Below the pieces are notes generated by a model that made no database searches, was not told where the DNA came from, and worked only from the letters and a program-made list of their open reading frames with translations. From Squalus acanthias (Eukaryota), in contig CM059425.1 in assembly GCA_030390025.1 (NCBI GenBank), positions 176,082,001-176,146,000 of the forward strand: a DNA stretch of 64,000 nucleotides, in the 5' to 3' direction. Each line of letters begins with the position of its first letter. The stretch's first letter is position 1. The translations under genes and the position numbers were made by a program. Shown here in pieces: positions 58,490 to 64,000 of the stretch.

Positions 58490-61287
58490 AAACTAAAGGC
58501 TCTGCATCTGAATGCACGTAGCATTCGAAACAAAACAGATGAACTGATAGCACAAATAGAAATAAATAACTATGATCTGATAGCCACTACAGAAACATGG
58601 CTGTAGGATGACATAGATTGGGACCTGAATATTGAAGGGTACATGACATTTAGGAAGGACAGGAAGGTGGGAAAAGGTGGAGGGGTGGCTCTGTTAATTA
58701 ATAATGGTATTAGCACAATAGAGAGGGATGACCTAAGTTCAGGAAACCAGGATGTAGAAGCGGTTTGGGTAGAGATGAGGAATAATAAAGGTAAGAAGTC
58801 ACTTGTGGGAGTGGTGTACAGGCCCCCTAACAGTAACCACATGGTAGGATGGAGTATAAAGGAAGAAATAATGGGAGCTTGTCAGAAGGGTACAGCAATA
58901 ATCATGGGGGATTTTAATCTGCATATAGACTGGAAAAATCAGATGGGCAAACGTAGCATAGATGAGGAGTTCATGGAATGTTTTCGGGATAGTTTCTTAC
59001 AACAGCACGTTCTGGAGCCAACCAAAGAGCAGGCTATACTAGACCTGGTATTGTGCAACGAGATAGGATTAATTAATGACCTCATAGTGAAGGCGCCCCT
59101 AGGTAGCAGCGATCATAATATGATTGAATTTTACGTTCAGTTTGAGAGAGAGAAGAGTAGGTCCAAGACTAGTATTTTAAACTTAAATAAGGGCAATTAT
59201 GAGGGCATGAAAGCAGAGCTAGCTAAAGTGAACTGGCAAATTAGGTTAAGGAATAGGTCAATAGAGTTGCAGTGGCAGACATTTAAGGGGATATTTCAAA
59301 ATACACAGACTATATACATTCCAACAAGAAAGAAAAATTCCACGGGGAGGATCCACCATCCGTGGTTAACTAAAAAAGTTAAAGATAGTATTAAACTTAA
59401 AGAAAAAGCATATAATTGCGCAAAGATAGGTGGCAGGTCAGAAGATTGGACAGAATATAAAAAACAGCAAAGAATGACTAAAAGATTAATAAGGAGAGAA
59501 AAATTAGAGTATGAGAGAAAGCTAGCTAGAAATATAAAAACAGATAGTAAGAGTTTCTATAGATATTTAAAAAAGAAAAGAGTTAACAAAGTGAGCGTTG
59601 GTCCTATAAAAAGTGAGTCTGGGGAATTAATAATGGTAAATAAGGAGATGGCAGTTGAATTGAACAGGTATTTTGCATCGGTCTTCACTATAGAGGATAC
59701 AAGTAACATCCCAGAAATAGCTGTAAATCAGGAAATGGAAGGGAGGGAGGAACTCAAGAAAATTATAATCACCAGGGAAGTGGTACTGAGCAAATTGTTG
59801 GAGCTGTGGGCTGACAAGTCCCAGGGTCCTGATGGACTTCATCCTAGGGTCTTAAAAGAAGTGGCTAGTGAGATAGTTGATGCGTTGGTTTTAATTTTCC
59901 AAAATTCCCTAGATTCGGGGAAGGTTCCATTAGATTGGAAAATAGCAAATGTAACTCCTTTATTCAAAAAGGGAGGGAGCAAGAAAGCAGGAAACTACAG
60001 GCCAGTTAGCTTAACATCTGTCATAGGGAAGATGTTAGAAGCTATTATTAAAGACGTTATAGTAGGGCATTTAGAAAAGTTCAAAATAATCAGGCAGAGT
60101 CAGCATGGTTTTGTGCAAGGGAAATCATGTTTAACCAATTTATTGGTGTTCTTTGAGGAAGTAACACGTGCTGTGGATAAAGGGGAACCGGTGGATGTAC
60201 TGTACTTAGATTTCCAGAAGGCATTTGATAAGGTGCCACATCAAAGGTTATTGCGGAAAATAAAAGCTCATGGTGTAGGGGGTAACATATTGGCATGGAT
60301 AGAAGATTGACTAGCTAACAGGAAACAGAGAGTAGGCATAAATGGGTCATTTTCTGATTGGCAAGATGTAACGAGTGGTGTGCCACAGGGATCAGTGCTG
60401 GGGCCTCAACTTTTTACAATTTATATAAATGACTTGGATGAAGGGACCGAAGGTATGGTTGCTAAATTGCTGATGACACAAAGATAGGTAGGAAAGTAAA
60501 TTGTGAAGAGGACATAAGGAGGCTACAAAGGGATATAGATAAGTTAAGTGAGTGGGCAAAGATCTGGCAAATGGAGTATAATGGGGGAAAATGTGAAGTT
60601 GTCCATTTTGGCAGGAAGAATAAAAAAGAAGCATATTATCTAAATGGTGAGAGATTGCAGAGCTCTGAGATGCAGAGGCATCTGGGTGTCCTAGTGCATG
60701 AATCGCAAAAGGTTACTATGCAGGTACAGCAAGTAATTAGGAAAGCTAATAGAATGTTATTGCTTATTGCGAGGGGAATTGAATACAAAAGTAGGGCAGT
60801 TATGCTTCAGTTATACAGGGCATTGGTGAGACCACATCTGGAATACTGTGTACAGTATCGGTCTCCTTATTTAAGGAAGGATGTAAATGCGTTGGAAGCA
60901 GTTCAGAGAAGGTTTACTAGACTAATACCTGGAATGGGCGGGTTGTCTTATGAGGAAAGGTTGGACAGGCTAGGCTTGTATCCGCTGGAGTTTAGAAGAA
61001 TAAGAGGTGACTTGATTGAAACATATAAGATCCTGAGGGGTCTGGACAGGGTGGATGTGGAGAGGATGTTTCCTCTTGTGGGAGAATCTAGAACTAGGGG
61101 TCACTGTTTAAAAATAAGGGGTCGCCCATTTAAGACAGAGATGAGGAGAAATTTTTTCTCACAGAGGGTCGTGAGTCTTTGGAACTCTCTTCCTCAGAGG
61201 GTGGTGGAAGCAGAGTCTTTGACTATTTTTAAGGCAGAGGTAGATAGATTCTTGGTAAGCAAGGGGGTGAAAAGTTATCGAGGGTAG
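58490..61287 (+). pseudogene. CR1 ORF2 (AP endonuclease + RT) with stops and frameshifts
   Basis: [34 protein letters not shown]. Confidence 0.92.
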
Positions 61288-61934
61288 GTGGGAATGTGGA
61301 GTAATCAGATCAGCCATGATCTTATTGAATGGTGGAGCAGGCTCGAAGGGCCGAGTGGCCTACTCCTGCTCCTAATTCACATGTTCGTATGTATTAGGGC
61401 ACCCGATCACAGCCCAGCTGTATTTGTCAACCACAAGGGCTTCCATTCCCTTAATGTCCAGCTAGTGTGTAACCACAGGAAGAACATTAGGCATGTTTGT
61501 GCCAAGTTCCCTGGCATTTGCCATGACTCTTTCATCCTGCCGCAATCTATGTGCCTCAGCTCTTCAATCCACCAACACAACTTTTGGGATCGCTACTTAG
61601 AGACAAGGGCTATCCCCTGAAAAAGTGGATAATGACACCAATGAGGAGGCCATCAAACGAAGCTGAGGAGCGGTACAATGTGAGCCACATTTCCACCAGA
61701 AGCATCATAGAGCAAACCATCGGCTTGCTCAAAATGCGATTCAGATGCCTCGACAGATCTGGTGGAGCCCTACAGTACGCACCAGCCAGGGCCTCTAGAA
61801 TCAGTCATGTTCAAAAGACCCATTTTCTGGAGCAGCATAAAGCAAATGAAATCCAAAGGCTACATGGACCCCTTAAAAGCACCTGAATGGACATCAGCAG
61901 AGTCGAGCAGCACACCCGAACTCACTGAACTCAT

Positions 61935-64000
61935 TCGATTTTGCCATTGGGGTCGGGCTGGGGCGTGTCAGGTGGTTTTCGTGTCAGGTTCCCAACTCCG
62001 ATGTGAAGTGGGACAAAAGTGCGATTTTGCCCTAATTGGGCACTTGATTTCCAGCGTGTGGGAACCCCTGGCCCAATTAGTCTTTCCATCCTGAAAGTCG
62101 CCTCCGATGACGTCATCAGTGCTGCTGGATTTAAGGCCTGCAAGCAGCCTTGCTTCTTCTGGAGACTGCAAACTTTATGCCCATTGTTGTGATCGCTTCA
62201 TTCAGCAAATATGTCCACCAGTAGGCCAAAGTGTGCTCCACGGTTTGATGACGCCGCCCTGCAAGCTCTGGTGGAGGGAGCAAGATCAAATAAGGAGGTG
62301 CTCTTCCCTTCCTCAGGGAGGAAAAAGCCTCCCCAGCAGACTAAAGCTGTGTGGATGCAAGTGGCCAAGGAGGTCAACTCAATGTCTCTGTGCCGCAGAA
62401 CCTGGCTGCAGTGCAGGAAGAGGTTTCATGACCTTCTCCGCACAGGAAAAGTGAGTATGCCTTTCCTATCACACTCAATCTGATCCCCATCGCCTCTCCT
62501 CACCAGCACTCAGCTTTGCCAACCTCTTCCTCCACATCCCACTTGACTCTGACATCCCTGCACCCTTACCCATTCCCTCTCTCTGTATGTTCACATTCAC
62601 TTAACTATTCGACTATGCAGCCCTCACACTCCCTATCGCTGTGATGCTATGACAACAACTTACAACACACAGGGAGGGCCCTTGGTCTTGGCACCTCACT
62701 CCATCTTTGTCTCCTTCTAAGCATGTATGCTATGGAATCTCTACACTCACTCCTTCATTTTCACTCAAACTCCACTTGTGTCCCTCATTACAGGAAAAGA
62801 GAGCCCACAATAAGAGGGAGAGGGCGAGGACAGGAGGAGGGCCACCCTCAGTAGCCCAGCTCACCACTGCGGAGGAGGCGGCCCTGGAGATTGTGGGAGT
62901 GGAGGAGGATGCGCAAGTGGGGGACGGACAGGCGGGTGCATCACAGCAAGCTGGTGACAGAATAGTTTAGCATCTCTCTCATTGACATTGCATGAGTAAC
63001 TGATAATGATTCTGAAGGTCTAACAGATTGACTTATGATCATCTGCACAATTCAATGTGCATGCAAACTTTACCTCACATCGCCAACTCCTTCCTTTACT
63101 CCCGCACAGGACCATCAACAGCCCCCGTCCCCACTGCCCAAGAGGAAGAGCCTGAGCTTCAAGACTCCTCAGAGGAAGCTGAAACCTTTGAAGGCGTAGT
63201 GTCAGCAGAATTCAGCACACCCAGCACCAACGCAGACACTCACACCTCGGTGGGAACTGCGCGAGATAGTGTAGTGTTGTCACCTGGTGTATCACAGCTC
63301 ACAAGTGAGCATCAGCAGATGGTGGAGACAGGTACAGCAGTGGAGAGTCCTCGTCGGAGGGCGCAGGACTCTGACAGCTCGGCTGGGCTGCATGTCGACC
63401 CTGTGCCTCCGGGTCCATCCAGAAGAAGAGCGGTGCTGGAACTCCAGGAACAGGTGCTGGAGTCTCTGGCAGGTTTTGTCTCCAGGGTCGCTGCGAGTGT
63501 CGAGCGAATGGAGGAGTCTATCGCTAACATGAGCAGAGCCTTTGTGGAGGCACTGGCGCATGAACGCATCACCACGGAAAGGATGGCAACCTCCGTGGAA
63601 AGGATGGCTACCGGTAGAGGAGAGGATGGCTACGGCCATGGAGGAGCTTAGTCGCCAAGGTCGTGAAAACATGGTCATTGTTCAGAATAGACTGACATCT
63701 CTTGAGGAGCGATGGTCAGCTATTGAGCAGAGAAACCAGACCTTCATGGAAGTCCTTTGGAGTAGGACTTCCAGCACAGAAACGGGTCCTCATGGCCCCC
63801 CTGCAGTGCAGAAAGGGGCTGTCCAGTCACTTGCTAGGTCTGAAGTGGGGCTGACCCATGAGAGGGATGTTGGTGGCAGACAACAAGGAAGTGGGGGCTC
63901 CTCTCCAAGCTCACACGACCATGCCACTGCAGAGCCCTCGGTCAGAGCCCCACCAGAGTCCCCACCCAACTGAGATCGGCGTCTCAACCCCTGCACAGCC
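61935..64000 (-). mobile_element. PIF/Harbinger (copy F, family of D), inverted relative to D, runs off the window
   Basis: GATTTTGCCATTGGG start is the reverse complement of the copy D end; colinear with 49565-47480. Confidence 0.88.
62211..64000 (+). pseudogene. Harbinger Myb/SANT gene, copy F (exons 62211-62450, 62794-62953, 63110-end)
   Basis: Phase-0 and phase-1 GT-AG introns splice into one frame up to a frameshift at about 63610. Confidence 0.88.

Larger units (their letters stand above)
57223..61392 (+). mobile_element. Near-full-length CR1 (HER1-like) LINE, inactivated
   Basis: ORF1, ORF2 and 3'UTR present; ATTA duplicated at 57219-57222 and 61393-61396; empty site CATGTGGCCATTAGGGCA at 43681. 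Confidence 0.93.
56619..61800 (+). pseudogene. Harbinger DDE nuclease, copy E, split by a CR1
   Basis: MGTIYTLSSW...GSFQA*; after the CR1: [42 protein letters not shown]. Confidence 0.88.
55872..61930 (+). mobile_element. PIF/Harbinger (copy E, same family as B), Myb gene deleted
   Basis: TTA + GGCCGGGATTTT; colinear with 38630-39640; at about 61801 the nuclease joins directly to the Myb start/promoter sequence seen at 44832-44960. Confidence 0.85.

Noticed and set aside
54923..61800. Domesticated host genes HARBI1, NAIF1 or MSANTD
   Set aside because: Copies are multiple, disrupted and mostly bounded by TIRs and TSDs; they are transposon relics.
47480..64000. Large inverted repeat (47.5-49.6 kb vs 61.9-64 kb) as TIRs of a giant element
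   Set aside because: These are diverged independent copies; D has its own TIRs and TSD.

Overview
Eukaryotic, almost entirely transposon-derived DNA, most likely from a shark or ray (inferred from an HE1-type V-SINE and HER1-type CR1 tails). I found no convincing host gene. The backbone is a nest of PIF/Harbinger DNA transposons with GG-rich ...ATTTT TIRs and 3-bp TSDs. Each carries a DDE nuclease gene facing a convergent 3-exon Myb/SANT gene, and most copies are internally deleted. Other contents: (1) an intact, recent Gypsy element (8328-12747) with identical 183-bp LTRs, a 5-bp TSD, a YLDN RT motif and no tRNA primer site, but a 12-nt stretch complementary to its own LTR; (2) two Neptune-type Penelope-like elements (PLEs) and a 214-bp palindromic PLE insert, all with minimal hammerhead ribozymes; (3) three solo LTRs with 4-bp TSDs; (4) many CR1/L2 fragments and one near-full-length CR1; (5) a hAT MITE. 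The 4.1-kb GA-rich array (795-4910) is not a protein gene. Both its flanks match the C-terminus of the Harbinger nuclease, so it appears to be that nuclease's poly-Glu tail expanded into a minisatellite. I cannot demonstrate a wholly new system; the best leads are putative self-priming of the Gypsy element and the transposase-tail minisatellite. All alignments were done by eye, and family names are inferred from motifs, not database searches.
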